From contig JBLNDI010000018.1 in the NCBI GenBank assembly GCA_050261495.1, positions 386-64,385 of the forward strand: a stretch of 64,000 bases of DNA, read 5' to 3'. The position numbers were made by a program, and so were the translations under genes. Below are positions 10,249 to 19,838 of this stretch, in pieces. How positions within the stretch are numbered: position 1 is the stretch's first letter; each line of letters starts with the position of its first letter. This stretch comes from Bacillota bacterium. GTDB lineage: Bacteria; Bacillota; Clostridia; Acetivibrionales; DTU013. Below the pieces are notes generated by a model. The model worked only from the letters and a program-made list of their open reading frames with translations. It made no database searches and was not told the origin of the DNA.

Positions 10249-10268
10249 TCGGGGGCAAAAGCCCCCTA
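10249..10268 (-). other. Intercistronic GC hairpin between the SBP and ATPase genes
   Basis: GGGGGC-aaaa-GCCCCC (10251-10266) lies in the 74-nt gap after the SBP stop codon. There is no adjacent T-run on the minus strand. This fits an mRNA-stabilising or partial-termination element, as is common after SBP genes. Confidence 0.45.
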
Positions 10269-10294
10269 GATTCCGCCAATACTGCATGCGTTCC

Positions 10295-11416
10295 TTATTT
10301 CAGCTGGTCTTCGGTAATATAGCCGGAGTCGATAAGGACTTCCTTATAGTTTGTAATATCGACAGCCACCGGCTCTTCCTGGTATGTTGGAATAATCGTC
10401 CCGTCACTGCTCTTGTATGTCTTTTCATCGTTGACTTCCGGCTTTTCGCCCTTGAAGATCGCGTCAACCATCTTGACGGCACGCTTAGCCAGAATTCTGG
10501 TATCCTTGAATACTGTCGATGTTTGCTCACCGGCTATAATTGATTTGACGGAGGCAACTTCGGCATCCTGTCCGGTAACTATGGGCATTTTCTGATCCCC
10601 GGTTCCGTACCCTACCGCCTTGAGCGAAGATATGATGCCCCGGCTCAGGCCGTCATACGGTGAAAGCACGGCGTCGACTTTTTCCGTTGTATAGTATTTG
10701 CTAAGAAGGTTGTCCATCCTGGCCTGCGCTACTCCACCATCCCATCTCAGCGTCGAGCAAACCTTCATATCCATTTGTCCGCTCCTTACCACCAGCTGCC
10801 CGTTATCTATGTATGGCTTAAGCACGGACATTGCGCCGTCAAAGAAGAAGAACGCATTGGTATCGTCGGGGGACCCGCCGAACAGCTCGATATTATAGGG
10901 ACCTTTGCCTTCCTTTAGTCCCAGTCTTTTTTCAATATCGGTCGCCTGCAGGACACCAACTTTGAAGTTGTCAAACGTAGCATAATAGGCGCAAGTCGGA
11001 GTTGCCAGTATTGACCGGTCATAGGCGATTACCGGTATGTTTTTGTCTTTTGCTGCCTGCATGATTTTACCTATTGCCGATCCGTCAATGGGGGCAATAA
11101 CCAAAGCATCCACGCCTTTGGTAATCATGTTCTCAAGCTGTGCGATCTGGTTGTCAATTATGTCCTCGCCGAACTGAAGATCAGCCTTGTAGCCGAGTGC
11201 TTCAAATTCCTTAACCATGCTGTTTCCGTCAATGACCCATCTTTCGGACGACTTTGTGGGCATCGAAATGCCTACTGTCTTTACCTTGGCTTCCGATCCG
11301 CCGCTTTTCGGGGCATCGGCGGCCTGGGTTCCGGTAGCCTTTTCCCCTGCGCCGCTGCACGCTGCAAGGGCTGCCACCATTGCAAACACAACTAATAATG
11401 CCAGTAATTTTTTCAT
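10295..11416 (-). CDS. Multiple-sugar ABC substrate-binding lipoprotein (ChvE/XylF-like)
   Basis: Signal peptide with lipobox LAAC. PBP1 fold motifs (VIAYDR, VTGQDA). First gene of an SBP-ATPase-permease operon. Confidence 0.85.
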   Translation of the reverse strand: MKKLLALLVVFAMVAALAACSGAGEKATGTQAADAPKSGGSEAKVKTVGISMPTKSSERWVIDGNSMVKEFEALGYKADLQFGEDIIDNQIAQLENMITKGVDALVIAPIDGSAIGKIMQAAKDKNIPVIAYDRSILATPTCAYYATFDNFKVGVLQATDIEKRLGLKEGKGPYNIELFGGSPDDTNAFFFFDGAMSVLKPYIDNGQLVVRSGQMDMKVCSTLRWDGGVAQARMDNLLSKYYTTEKVDAVLSPYDGLSRGIISSLKAVGYGTGDQKMPIVTGQDAEVASVKSIIAGEQTSTVFKDTRILAKRAVKMVDAIFKGEKPEVNDEKTYKSSDGTIIPTYQEEPVAVDITNYKEVLIDSGYITEDQLK

Positions 11417-11552
11417 CCTACCTTCTCCTTTCGATATTGAAATTTATGATGTTCGAATAGTTTCGAAATCAATCACATTCTATCATATTCGAAACATGAT
11501 TTCAATATATATTTTTCATTTTTTTCCAAAGCAATCATTAATTCAACAAACA

Positions 11553-11581
11553 TTGTAATATCCAGTTCGCTCATGTATAAT
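11553..11581 (+). promoter_or_regulatory. Sigma-A-type promoter for the DeoR/ATPase operon
   Basis: TTGTAA (11553-11558), 17-nt spacer, TATAAT (11576-11581), about 45 nt upstream of the AGGAGG-preceded ATG at 11627. Confidence 0.55.
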
Positions 11582-11626
11582 GAAATTAGCCAGCCAGGAA
11601 GGCAAGACAGCTTGCAGGAGGATCAT

Positions 11627-12418
11627 ATGTTTGCGCCTGAACGAGTGAGAATAATAAAGAGCATTTTGCTTGATAAAAAACACATTAATGTTTCGGATCT
11701 GAGCTCAATGCTGAATGTATCCGAAGTTACCATTAGGCGCGACCTGGAAAAATTGGAGAAAGAGAAGTTTCTTACCCGGACCCACGGCGGGGCGATATTG
11801 AACGATAGCCCCGAAGTCATGGAAGACTCGGCGAATGATATCCTCGACGACCCATTCAAATCCGAGAGGCTTGAAATCAGTGAAATCGCGTTTCATATGA
11901 TCGACGACAACGATATCATCATGTTGACCCCCGGATTGACAAACCTCTGCATCGCAAAAAAAATATTGAACAAGAGGTATGTCACCGTACTGACAAACGA
12001 TTTGAAAATTGCCGACGAGTTGTCGGCCAATCCGGGCATCAAGGTAATTATTCCGGGCGGGGATCTTGAGCCTGCGTCAATGGTTCTGTACGGAAAGCTG
12101 ACCGAAGAAAATATCAGGAATTTTTTTGTTAACAAAGCCTTTATAGACGTCGAGGGGGCAAGCTTCAAAAGGGGATTTACTGTCCAAAGCATCGAAAAAG
12201 CGTCTCTGCTCAGGGAAACACTTGCAATAACCCACGAACGAATTATCGTATGCCCGTCTCCGATGTTTGAGAGGATCGCATTCTTCCAGGTCGGCCCTTT
12301 GGATATTGCGAACAAGGTTCTAACAAATCCGAATGTGCCCGACCAGTATAAAACTTATTTTTTTGACAACAATGTTCAGCTTTTTACCGTTTTTAACGCC
12401 TACAAAGGTGGTATTTGA
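11627..12418 (+). CDS. DeoR-family transcriptional regulator
   Basis: N-terminal wHTH (INVSDLSSMLNVSEVTIRRDLEKLEKEKFLTRTHGGA) plus a DeoR C-terminal sugar-phosphate-binding domain. The ATG at 11627 has an AGGAGG SD; the ORF track starts at 11573. Confidence 0.85.
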   Translation: MFAPERVRIIKSILLDKKHINVSDLSSMLNVSEVTIRRDLEKLEKEKFLTRTHGGAILNDSPEVMEDSANDILDDPFKSERLEISEIAFHMIDDNDIIMLTPGLTNLCIAKKILNKRYVTVLTNDLKIADELSANPGIKVIIPGGDLEPASMVLYGKLTEENIRNFFVNKAFIDVEGASFKRGFTVQSIEKASLLRETLAITHERIIVCPSPMFERIAFFQVGPLDIANKVLTNPNVPDQYKTYFFDNNVQLFTVFNAYKGGI

Positions 12419-13918
12419 ATGTCACAGGCTTTGCTGAGGATGGTCAACATCAATAAAAAGATTTCGGATTATTTTTCTCTGAAAAATATCAATCTTTCGC
12501 TGTTGGAAGGCGAGGTCCATATTTTGGCCGGCGAGAACGGATCAGGGAAAACAAGCCTTATGAAAGTGCTCCTGGGAGCATACCCCAAGGACAAGGGAGA
12601 AATAATCATTGACGGCAGAGCCGTTCAGATCAATTCGCCAACTGATGCCAAAAAGTGCGGCATAGCCATGATTCACCAGGAGTCGTCGCTTTTTGAGCAC
12701 TTTTCGGTGGCCGAAAACATATACATGGACAGCAAGCCTTTGCTGAACAAGTTCTTCAGGATTATCGACTGGTCTAAAATGCACCAGCAGTGCCAGGCGT
12801 TATTTGAGAAGCTGAATCTGGATATTGACAGCAAAGCGCTGGTAAAGCACCTTGGCGTCGCCACGAAGCAGATGGTGGAGATCGCGAAAGCCTATATATC
12901 AAATGCAAGGATAATAATTATGGACGAACCAACTTCCGCACTGACAGAGAATGAGCTCTCGCTCCTTTTTAAAATCATCAGGGAACTGAAGAATTCGGGA
13001 GTGTCGATTTTCTATATTTCCCACCGTCTGGAAGAGATTGAGGAAATAGGTGACAGGATAACTGTCATAAGGGATGGGGAAATTGTCGGAACACAGGACG
13101 TCAAAGACATGGACGCCGGCGATATCATCCATATGATGGCCGGCATGGAGCTGACCGAGAAATACCCGAAGTTGAAGGTCAGGGCCGGCAGGGAAAAATT
13201 GCGGGTAACCAATTTATATTCCGGTGACATTTTAAAAGGGATAACATTCTCACTAAGAGAAAGAGAGATTATTGGCATTACCGGTTTAATGGGTTCCGGC
13301 AGGACCAAAATCGCTAAAACGCTTTTCGGAATCGACAGCTACGACAGCGGGGAAATTGCAATCGACAGGGTTCCGGTGCGTTTTAATTCGCCGATTGATG
13401 CGATCAGGGCGGGATTGGGGTATGTTACCGAAGACAAGTACGCCGACGGGCTGTTCATGTGCCTGGGAATACCGCAGAATATCACGTCTACGAGTGTGGT
13501 AAGCGTTTTTAAGAATTTTATTGTAAATCTTTCCCGTGAAAGGGAAATTGCATCCGAATATATCTACAAACTAGGTATAAAAACCGGTTCCGTCACGGAG
13601 AAAGCGGCCTATTTAAGCGGCGGAAACCAGCAGAAAGTCGTTCTTGCAAAATGGATGCTTACGAATGCGAAAATATTCATACTGGATGAGCCGACAAAAG
13701 GAATAGACATAGCCTCAAAGGTTGATGTCTATAATCTCATGAACGAAATGGTGAGAAAAGGGGCCTCCATAATTTTCATATCCTCCGATATCGACGAGAT
13801 TATCGGCATGTGCGACAGGGTTCTTGTCCTGTACGGCGGGCGTATTGTGGCCGACATTCCCAGGTCAGAAGCCACCACGAAAAAAATCATGTTCTATGCT
13901 ACCGGAGGCAGAGATTAA
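12419..13918 (+). CDS. Stand-alone tandem sugar ABC ATPase (RbsA/MglA-like) with no cognate permease or SBP in its operon
   Basis: GENGSGKTS Walker A, LSGGNQQK signature, two Walker B motifs. Its start codon directly abuts the DeoR stop codon. Confidence 0.85.
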   Translation: MSQALLRMVNINKKISDYFSLKNINLSLLEGEVHILAGENGSGKTSLMKVLLGAYPKDKGEIIIDGRAVQINSPTDAKKCGIAMIHQESSLFEHFSVAENIYMDSKPLLNKFFRIIDWSKMHQQCQALFEKLNLDIDSKALVKHLGVATKQMVEIAKAYISNARIIIMDEPTSALTENELSLLFKIIRELKNSGVSIFYISHRLEEIEEIGDRITVIRDGEIVGTQDVKDMDAGDIIHMMAGMELTEKYPKLKVRAGREKLRVTNLYSGDILKGITFSLREREIIGITGLMGSGRTKIAKTLFGIDSYDSGEIAIDRVPVRFNSPIDAIRAGLGYVTEDKYADGLFMCLGIPQNITSTSVVSVFKNFIVNLSREREIASEYIYKLGIKTGSVTEKAAYLSGGNQQKVVLAKWMLTNAKIFILDEPTKGIDIASKVDVYNLMNEMVRKGASIIFISSDIDEIIGMCDRVLVLYGGRIVADIPRSEATTKKIMFYATGGRD

Positions 13919-14098
13919 GGCCCGCTCAATAAAGGAATCTTCCACTGTCATTTGAATTTTTTCCAAATGTATCGCATAGAATTTTGTTTAAATGTCTATA
14001 ATCTCACTTAAAGGGATTTTATGGCAATTGATTTGACAAATAGAAAAGGTTGGAATAAAATAACTTCACAATCCCTTATATTCTTTTAGGAGGGTTTT

Positions 14099-15163
14099 TT
14101 GTTGTTGCCTCTAATTAAAAATATAAAAAGGTTTTTATCACGAAAAAAGTATTTTCTGATCGTGATAATTGCCGCCGGATTGTCCGCAGCCGCAGGATGC
14201 GGAGTATTTGCCCTGCTTGCCAAAGATGTGGTGATCAACGACAACGGCAAATTAATAAGCTTAATGACAATGAGAAATACCTTTAAGGAAGTATTTGAGC
14301 AAAACGGCATTGTTGTACAACCGTATGATTATATAAGCGTTCCGCTTGACAGCAGGCTTGACACGGCAAATCCGAATGAGATACTGATAAAACGCGCCGT
14401 GCCGGTTTACATTACGGCCGACGGAAAGCAAACCATGGTAATGACATACAAGGATACCGTGGGGGAAATGCTTGAGGACAGCCCTGTAAAACCGGAGGGA
14501 AAAGACAAGCTTGTAGGGGCGGACATGTCCAGTAAAATCAGCGAAGGTATGGAGCTTAGAATTGTACGCGTCAGCGAAAGCTTTGTCAGGGAAACGGAAA
14601 GTATTCCATTTGAAGTGCAGAAAAAGGCAAATACAAAGCTGGATAAGGGCCTGGAAAGGGTCGCTCAGCCGGGAGAAGAAGGCATTCTTGAAAAACTGTA
14701 TAGGGTTGTCAGGGAAGACGGAATAGAAGTTACGAGACAATTACTGGACGAAGTTGTACTTAAAGATCCGGTAACCATGATAATGGAATACGGAACGGTG
14801 ATGAAACACAAAACAGCAAGGGGAGATTTTATCCGGTACAACAAGGTGCTTGAGGTAAAGGCGACCGCATACACGGCCTCGCTGAAAGATACGGGCAAGG
14901 CGCCCGGTCACCCGCTGTTCGGAATAACGGCTACCGGCATCAAAGCCAAGAAAGGCGTTATAGCGGTTGATCCCAAGGTAATCCCTCTTTACACCAGGGT
15001 ATATGTTGAAATACTTGGAAGCACGCCGGATTACGGCTACGCTATCGCCGCGGATGTCGGCGGGGCAATCAAGGGCAATAAAATCGATTTATATTATGAC
15101 GACCAGGAATATGTGGACAGGTTCGGCGTTAAAAAAGCGAGGGTCTATATCCTGGAAGATTAA
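14099..15163 (+). CDS. yabE: YabE-like cell-wall protein (DUF348 x2, G5, 3D/RlpA-like domain)
   Basis: TTG start after AGGAGGG, followed by an N-terminal TM anchor. G5 region (IPFEVQKKANTKLDKGLERVAQPGEEG). C-terminal 3D domain (ATAYTA...IAVDPKVIPLYTRVYVE...AADVGGAIKGNKIDLYY). Conserved position upstream of rsmA. Confidence 0.8.
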   Translation: MLLPLIKNIKRFLSRKKYFLIVIIAAGLSAAAGCGVFALLAKDVVINDNGKLISLMTMRNTFKEVFEQNGIVVQPYDYISVPLDSRLDTANPNEILIKRAVPVYITADGKQTMVMTYKDTVGEMLEDSPVKPEGKDKLVGADMSSKISEGMELRIVRVSESFVRETESIPFEVQKKANTKLDKGLERVAQPGEEGILEKLYRVVREDGIEVTRQLLDEVVLKDPVTMIMEYGTVMKHKTARGDFIRYNKVLEVKATAYTASLKDTGKAPGHPLFGITATGIKAKKGVIAVDPKVIPLYTRVYVEILGSTPDYGYAIAADVGGAIKGNKIDLYYDDQEYVDRFGVKKARVYILED

Positions 15164-15193
15164 CAATAACAGTCAAGAGGGATGCGGCAGGAC

Positions 15194-16048
15194 ATGGGAA
15201 TGGAAGCCGATATAAGACATACTCTTCGAAAATTCAACCTTAGGCCGGTGAAATCTCTTGGACAGAACTTTGTGACCGACCGGGACGTTCTTGAAAAAAT
15301 GGCGGAGGCCGTCGGCCTTGACAAGGAAGATATCGTGCTGGAAATAGGTCCGGGAACCGGTAGCCTGACATCCGTGCTTGCCGAAAAAGCGGGCAAGGTT
15401 GTGGCGGTGGAAATCGACAGGCGCCTTATTCCCGTACTTCATGAAAATCTGAAAGAATACTCTAATGTCCATGTAATAAATGCCGATATACTTAAGCTTG
15501 ATATTGGCAATATGCTTGTGCCTTACCTGGATAAAGGGCGTCGCCTCAAGATAGCGGCAAATCTACCTTACTATATTACGACGCCGGTAATCATGAAGCT
15601 GCTCGAGCATGACACAGGAGCAAAAACGATGGTATTCATGGTGCAAAAGGAAGTGGCCTGCAGGATGAAAGCAAAACCCGGCGGCAAGGATTACAGCGCC
15701 CTGTCGATTGCGGTTCAGTATTATTCGAGGCCCACGGTCGTCTTCGATGTTCCCCCGCAGGCCTTCATACCCCGGCCGGATGTATATTCTTCCGTAATAA
15801 AGCTTGAGATATTTGACCGGCCGCCGGTGGAAGTACGGGACGAGGCATTATTCTTCCGCCTGGTAAAGGCAGCATTCGCGCAGAGAAGGAAAACCCTTGC
15901 GAATGCGCTGATCAATTCGGGGTATTTCGGCCTGGACAGGGAGAAAACCGGGGCAATGCTTTCCGAATTGGGCATAGGGAAGAAGCAAAGGGGCGAAACG
16001 CTGACAATCGAACAATTCGCACAGCTTGCAAATTATCTTTCGTCATGA
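15194..16048 (+). CDS. rsmA: 16S rRNA (adenine1518/1519-N6)-dimethyltransferase
   Basis: KSLGQNF motif, SAM-binding VLEIGPGTGSLT, NLPYYITTP motif. Start could be 15182, 15194 or 15200. Confidence 0.9.
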   Translation: MGMEADIRHTLRKFNLRPVKSLGQNFVTDRDVLEKMAEAVGLDKEDIVLEIGPGTGSLTSVLAEKAGKVVAVEIDRRLIPVLHENLKEYSNVHVINADILKLDIGNMLVPYLDKGRRLKIAANLPYYITTPVIMKLLEHDTGAKTMVFMVQKEVACRMKAKPGGKDYSALSIAVQYYSRPTVVFDVPPQAFIPRPDVYSSVIKLEIFDRPPVEVRDEALFFRLVKAAFAQRRKTLANALINSGYFGLDREKTGAMLSELGIGKKQRGETLTIEQFAQLANYLSS

Positions 16049-16116
16049 CCTTTATTATTCTCCATGCAATAAAACAAACAAAAATATGCCGCAAGCCGGC
16101 GGGGAGGTTGGTTCTG

Positions 16117-18192
16117 TTGATCGAAAAATATGGTTTTATTAATAAAAAATGCAGCGCCCTGCTGCACGGAGGAGACTACAACCCGGATCAATGGATTGAT
16201 ACTCCGGGGATTTGGGACGAGGACATGAGATTGATGAAACTGGCTGAATGCAATGCTATGACGGTGGGTGTTTTTTCATGGTCGATGCTTGAGCCGGAAG
16301 AGGGGAAATTCAGGTTTGACTGGCTGGATACGATAATGGACAAGCTTGCCGCAAACGGGATATACGCCGTGCTCGCGACGCCGTCCGGCGCAAGGCCGGC
16401 ATGGATGTCGCAGAAGTACCCGGAGGTGCTCAGGGTGCAGGCGGACCGCCGGAGGATACTCCACGGGACACGGCACAACCATTGCCCCACATCGCCCGTG
16501 TACAGGGAAAAAACCGCGATCATAAACCGAAAACTGGCGGAGCGGTACGGGAACCACCCGGCGCTGCTTGTATGGCACGTTTCCAACGAGTACGGCGGGG
16601 AATGTCATTGTGAGCTCTGCCAGGAAGCATTCCGCAAATGGCTTCGCAAGAAGTACCATGATGATATCGAAGAATTGAACCGGGCATGGTGGACCGGCTT
16701 CTGGAGCCACCGCTTCAATGATTGGTCCCAGATAGAATCCCCGGCGCCGCACGGTGAACACATGGTGCATGGACACAACCTGGACTGGAAACGTTTCGTG
16801 ACGGATCAGACAGTAGATTTTTTCCTGAACGAGATTAAGCCGTTGAAAGAGTTGACGCCCGACATACCCGTAACTACGAACTTCATGGGCACATATCCCG
16901 GGCTTAATTACTGGAAATTTGCCGACAAGCTGGATGTGGCATCCTGGGACAGCTATCCTTCATGGCACAACAACTGTGAAAAGACATGGGAAGTGGCTTC
17001 GGATACGGCTTTTGCGCATGATATCTGCCGTTCGCTGAAGGGCGGCAAGCCTTTCATGCTTATGGAAAGCACGCCAAGCCTTGTCAACTGGAATTCCGTC
17101 AACAAGCTGAAAAGGCCGGGAATGCATTTTTTGTCCTCACTGCAGGCTGTCGCTCACGGTTCGGACACGGTGCAGTACTTCCAGTGGAGGAAAGGCCGGG
17201 GGTCGTCGGAAAAATTCCACGGGGCGGTTGTCGACCACTGCGGACATGAGCATACGCGTGTGTTCAGGGATGTGGCCTCGGTCGGCAAAGCGCTGAAGAA
17301 GCTGGCTTGCATAGCAGGAACCACGGTATGCCCGGAAGTCGCGGTAATATACGACTGGGAAAACAGGTGGGCGATAGATGACGCCCAGGGCTTCTCCAGG
17401 GACAGGAAAGATTACGAGAAGACATGCAAAAACCATTACAGGGCATTTTGGAACAAGGGCGTACCTATAGATGTAATCGATATGGATTGCGATTTTTCGA
17501 AATATAAACTGTTGATTGCGCCAATGTTATATATGGTTAGGCCGGGAGTTGCGCGGAGGATAGAGGAATTTGTCAAAAGCGGCGGGACTTTTGTTACCAC
17601 TTATGCCACCGGATACGTGGATGAGAACGACCTGTGCTTCTTGGGCGGATTCCCGGGGCCGCTGCGCAAGGTTACCGGTATATGGGCCGAGGAAATCGAC
17701 AGCCTTTACGAAGGAGAATCCAATGGCATCAGGCTTGTTGAAGGCGCCATGCCGGGACTTGAAGGGGAATTTCCGGCAAATGATTTCTGCGAGCTTGTGC
17801 ATGCGGAAACAGCACAAGTCCTGGGTGTTTATACAAATGATTTTTACGCGGGCATGCCTGCGCTGACCGTGAACAATTATGGCGGGGGAAAAGCCTATTA
17901 TATGGCGTCGAGGTTTGATCAAATGTTTATCGAAAGCTTTTATTCGCATCTGATTGACCATTTGAACCTCAAGCGCGCGCTTTATGCCGAGCTTCCGGCC
18001 GGCGTCACGGCACAGTTGAGATCCGACGGAGAAAATGAATATATTTTCCTGATGAATTTCTCGGAGGAACAAAGGACCGTTGATATTGGAGATACGCGGA
18101 TAGAAGAGCTTTTAGGAGGGGATGTCCTGTCAGGCCGGATTATATTGAAACCATACGGCGTCATGGTTTTAAAAAACAGGAGAAGTTGGTAA
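16117..18192 (+). CDS. GH42 beta-galactosidase
   Basis: GGDYNPDQW N-terminus, WHVSNEYGG (acid/base Glu), LMESTPS (nucleophile Glu) and a trimerisation/C-terminal domain. The likely TTG start at 16117 lies 9 nt after GGAGG; the ORF is open from 16045. Confidence 0.88.
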   Translation: MIEKYGFINKKCSALLHGGDYNPDQWIDTPGIWDEDMRLMKLAECNAMTVGVFSWSMLEPEEGKFRFDWLDTIMDKLAANGIYAVLATPSGARPAWMSQKYPEVLRVQADRRRILHGTRHNHCPTSPVYREKTAIINRKLAERYGNHPALLVWHVSNEYGGECHCELCQEAFRKWLRKKYHDDIEELNRAWWTGFWSHRFNDWSQIESPAPHGEHMVHGHNLDWKRFVTDQTVDFFLNEIKPLKELTPDIPVTTNFMGTYPGLNYWKFADKLDVASWDSYPSWHNNCEKTWEVASDTAFAHDICRSLKGGKPFMLMESTPSLVNWNSVNKLKRPGMHFLSSLQAVAHGSDTVQYFQWRKGRGSSEKFHGAVVDHCGHEHTRVFRDVASVGKALKKLACIAGTTVCPEVAVIYDWENRWAIDDAQGFSRDRKDYEKTCKNHYRAFWNKGVPIDVIDMDCDFSKYKLLIAPMLYMVRPGVARRIEEFVKSGGTFVTTYATGYVDENDLCFLGGFPGPLRKVTGIWAEEIDSLYEGESNGIRLVEGAMPGLEGEFPANDFCELVHAETAQVLGVYTNDFYAGMPALTVNNYGGGKAYYMASRFDQMFIESFYSHLIDHLNLKRALYAELPAGVTAQLRSDGENEYIFLMNFSEEQRTVDIGDTRIEELLGGDVLSGRIILKPYGVMVLKNRRSW

Positions 18193-18263
18193 CAAGTCTG
18201 AAGCTTTTCCATGTACCGAGAATTCATGGATTCCGGCAGTATCGCTTCCGTCCTGCTCTGCCT

Positions 18264-18299
18264 TGACGACCAGGAATACGTGGACAGATTCGGCGTTAA
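18264..18299 (+). repeat. 36-bp copy of the yabE 3' end (direct repeat of 15097-15132)
   Basis: tgacgaccaggaatacgtggacagattcggcgttaa matches tgacgaccaggaatatgtggacaggttcggcgttaa at 34 of 36 positions. It encodes DDQEYVDRFGVK in both places. Confidence 0.85.
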
Positions 18300-18349
18300 G
18301 CCGGATCGATTGCAATTGACGATGTTGCATTGTCCGGCAGGCTATGCGG

Positions 18350-19141
18350 TTAAAATATTGCCTTATATAGTCCCAAGGCAAACAGTACGCTTGTTAAAGT
18401 ACCAATTAAGTAATATTCCGCAAAACTCTGGTCTTTTGCAATTCTATCATACCGCGCTATAGATTTCGCCGTGAGAATCAGGCCGACTGCCGAGTATTGT
18501 TCTATACTTATGAAAAATGATATTAGCATTCTTTCAAGGAATCCTATTACGGCTCCGGCTTTCCTTTCAGTTTTAATCCCGGCGTCTTCCGAATTAATCA
18601 GTTTTTCCGAAATATCCGGCCTGTAATTTGCAAAGAGCTTAATAAACGTAATATTTGACGGTTTATAAATGCATAGAATCAGGAGAAACCACTTTAACGC
18701 AATAAACTGATCTGAATCCTTCAAGAAATAAACTAACACGGGTATTTCACGTATTAACGAGGAAGAGTTTTTGAAAATAAAATTAACTGCGATTATTGAA
18801 ATAACATGAAGTGCCTGATCCGCCAGATAGATTGACCAGTCCTTTATTTTATATTTATTGAATAATTTTCTGTAAAAGCCGGACTTATAAAAGGTAAATT
18901 TGATAAAGTCAATAATGAGATGAAGCACGCATATTGGTATAAAAACAAATCCGAGTTGCGGAGAAAAACCGAAAACAAGAAAAATTAAGGCAAACGGCAA
19001 GGAATAAATGAGCGCATGACAGACCAGGCTGAGAAATCTATCGTTTTTATTGTTCGCACATCTTTCGGATTGCAAGTAGTAGTCGCCCAGTATATGGCCG
19101 GTAAAGCAAAGGATCATGATATTATTCAGCAGTTTTGGCAC
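18350..19141 (-). CDS. DUF3307 (SatC-like) polytopic membrane protein
   Basis: N-terminal HILGDYYLQ motif, multiple TM helices, and a 20-nt overlap with upstream satD. Spot counts of single 60-nt lines give 35-38% GC. Confidence 0.7.
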   Translation of the reverse strand: MPKLLNNIMILCFTGHILGDYYLQSERCANNKNDRFLSLVCHALIYSLPFALIFLVFGFSPQLGFVFIPICVLHLIIDFIKFTFYKSGFYRKLFNKYKIKDWSIYLADQALHVISIIAVNFIFKNSSSLIREIPVLVYFLKDSDQFIALKWFLLILCIYKPSNITFIKLFANYRPDISEKLINSEDAGIKTERKAGAVIGFLERMLISFFISIEQYSAVGLILTAKSIARYDRIAKDQSFAEYYLIGTLTSVLFALGLYKAIF

Positions 19142-19787
19142 CCCATTTCTCCATAAGAATATTATTTATAATTTTCCGGGCATGGATATAATCGTAGTAT
19201 CCGGCATTTTTAAACCGGCGCTGAACGCTTGACTGGGAAATACCAAACCTGGCGGCTATTTCCCGCTGGCTTCTATTTGATAAAATGCTGTCTTCGATAA
19301 GCAAGCGCTGCTTCTTTGTCCACTTGCTTTCAATAAATGAACACAGGCAAAGGTTGCTGTTGATAAGTTCAAGTACTGAAGGATCCAAATCACCGCTTAT
19401 CTTAATGTCCGTGCTGGTGCTCATTTTCCCTCTCTCACCGGCCTTTATCCCGCTAATCATTTTCCTGGCAAGATGATATGCCGGTCCGTCGGCGCCTATG
19501 GCCATTTCTCTTATAATTTCCGTTTCTATGCTGCCCCCGCCTATGCCAAATCTTACCCTTACAGGGTATAATCCGAATTTGATCCGTTCAATGATATTAA
19601 GTATGTATTGCGGAGATGCCAGCAATCCTTGAAATTCGTCGCCGATTGTAATAATAAAATTAGCGGCGATTGTACTCGCGTAATCGGTATTTATCTTAAC
19701 AAGCAATTCGCCGAGTTTTTTCTGAAATCCGGCACGATCCTTGATTTTTTTAGAATCTTTAATATCCCCGATAATGGCAAAATACAT
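19122..19787 (-). CDS. SatD-family protein with C-terminal HTH
   Basis: MYFAIIGDIKDSKKI...IITIGDEFQGLL N-terminal domain as I recall for SatD (PF16264). C-terminal RSQREIAARFGISQSSVQRRFKNAGY is a sigma-70-region-4/LuxR-like HTH. Confidence 0.7.
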   Translation of the reverse strand: MYFAIIGDIKDSKKIKDRAGFQKKLGELLVKINTDYASTIAANFIITIGDEFQGLLASPQYILNIIERIKFGLYPVRVRFGIGGGSIETEIIREMAIGADGPAYHLARKMISGIKAGERGKMSTSTDIKISGDLDPSVLELINSNLCLCSFIESKWTKKQRLLIEDSILSNRSQREIAARFGISQSSVQRRFKNAGYYDYIHARKIINNILMEKWGAKTAE

Positions 19788-19804
19788 ATTGACACCTCAT
19801 GTTA

Positions 19805-19833
19805 ATGATATCATGTTAGTAAGGTAAAATCAA
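19805..19833 (-). promoter_or_regulatory. Candidate sigma-A promoter of satD-DUF3307
   Basis: On the minus strand: TTGATT (19833-19828), 17-nt spacer, TATCAT (19810-19805), about 18 nt upstream of the ATG region. Confidence 0.45.
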
Positions 19834-19838
19834 TACCT

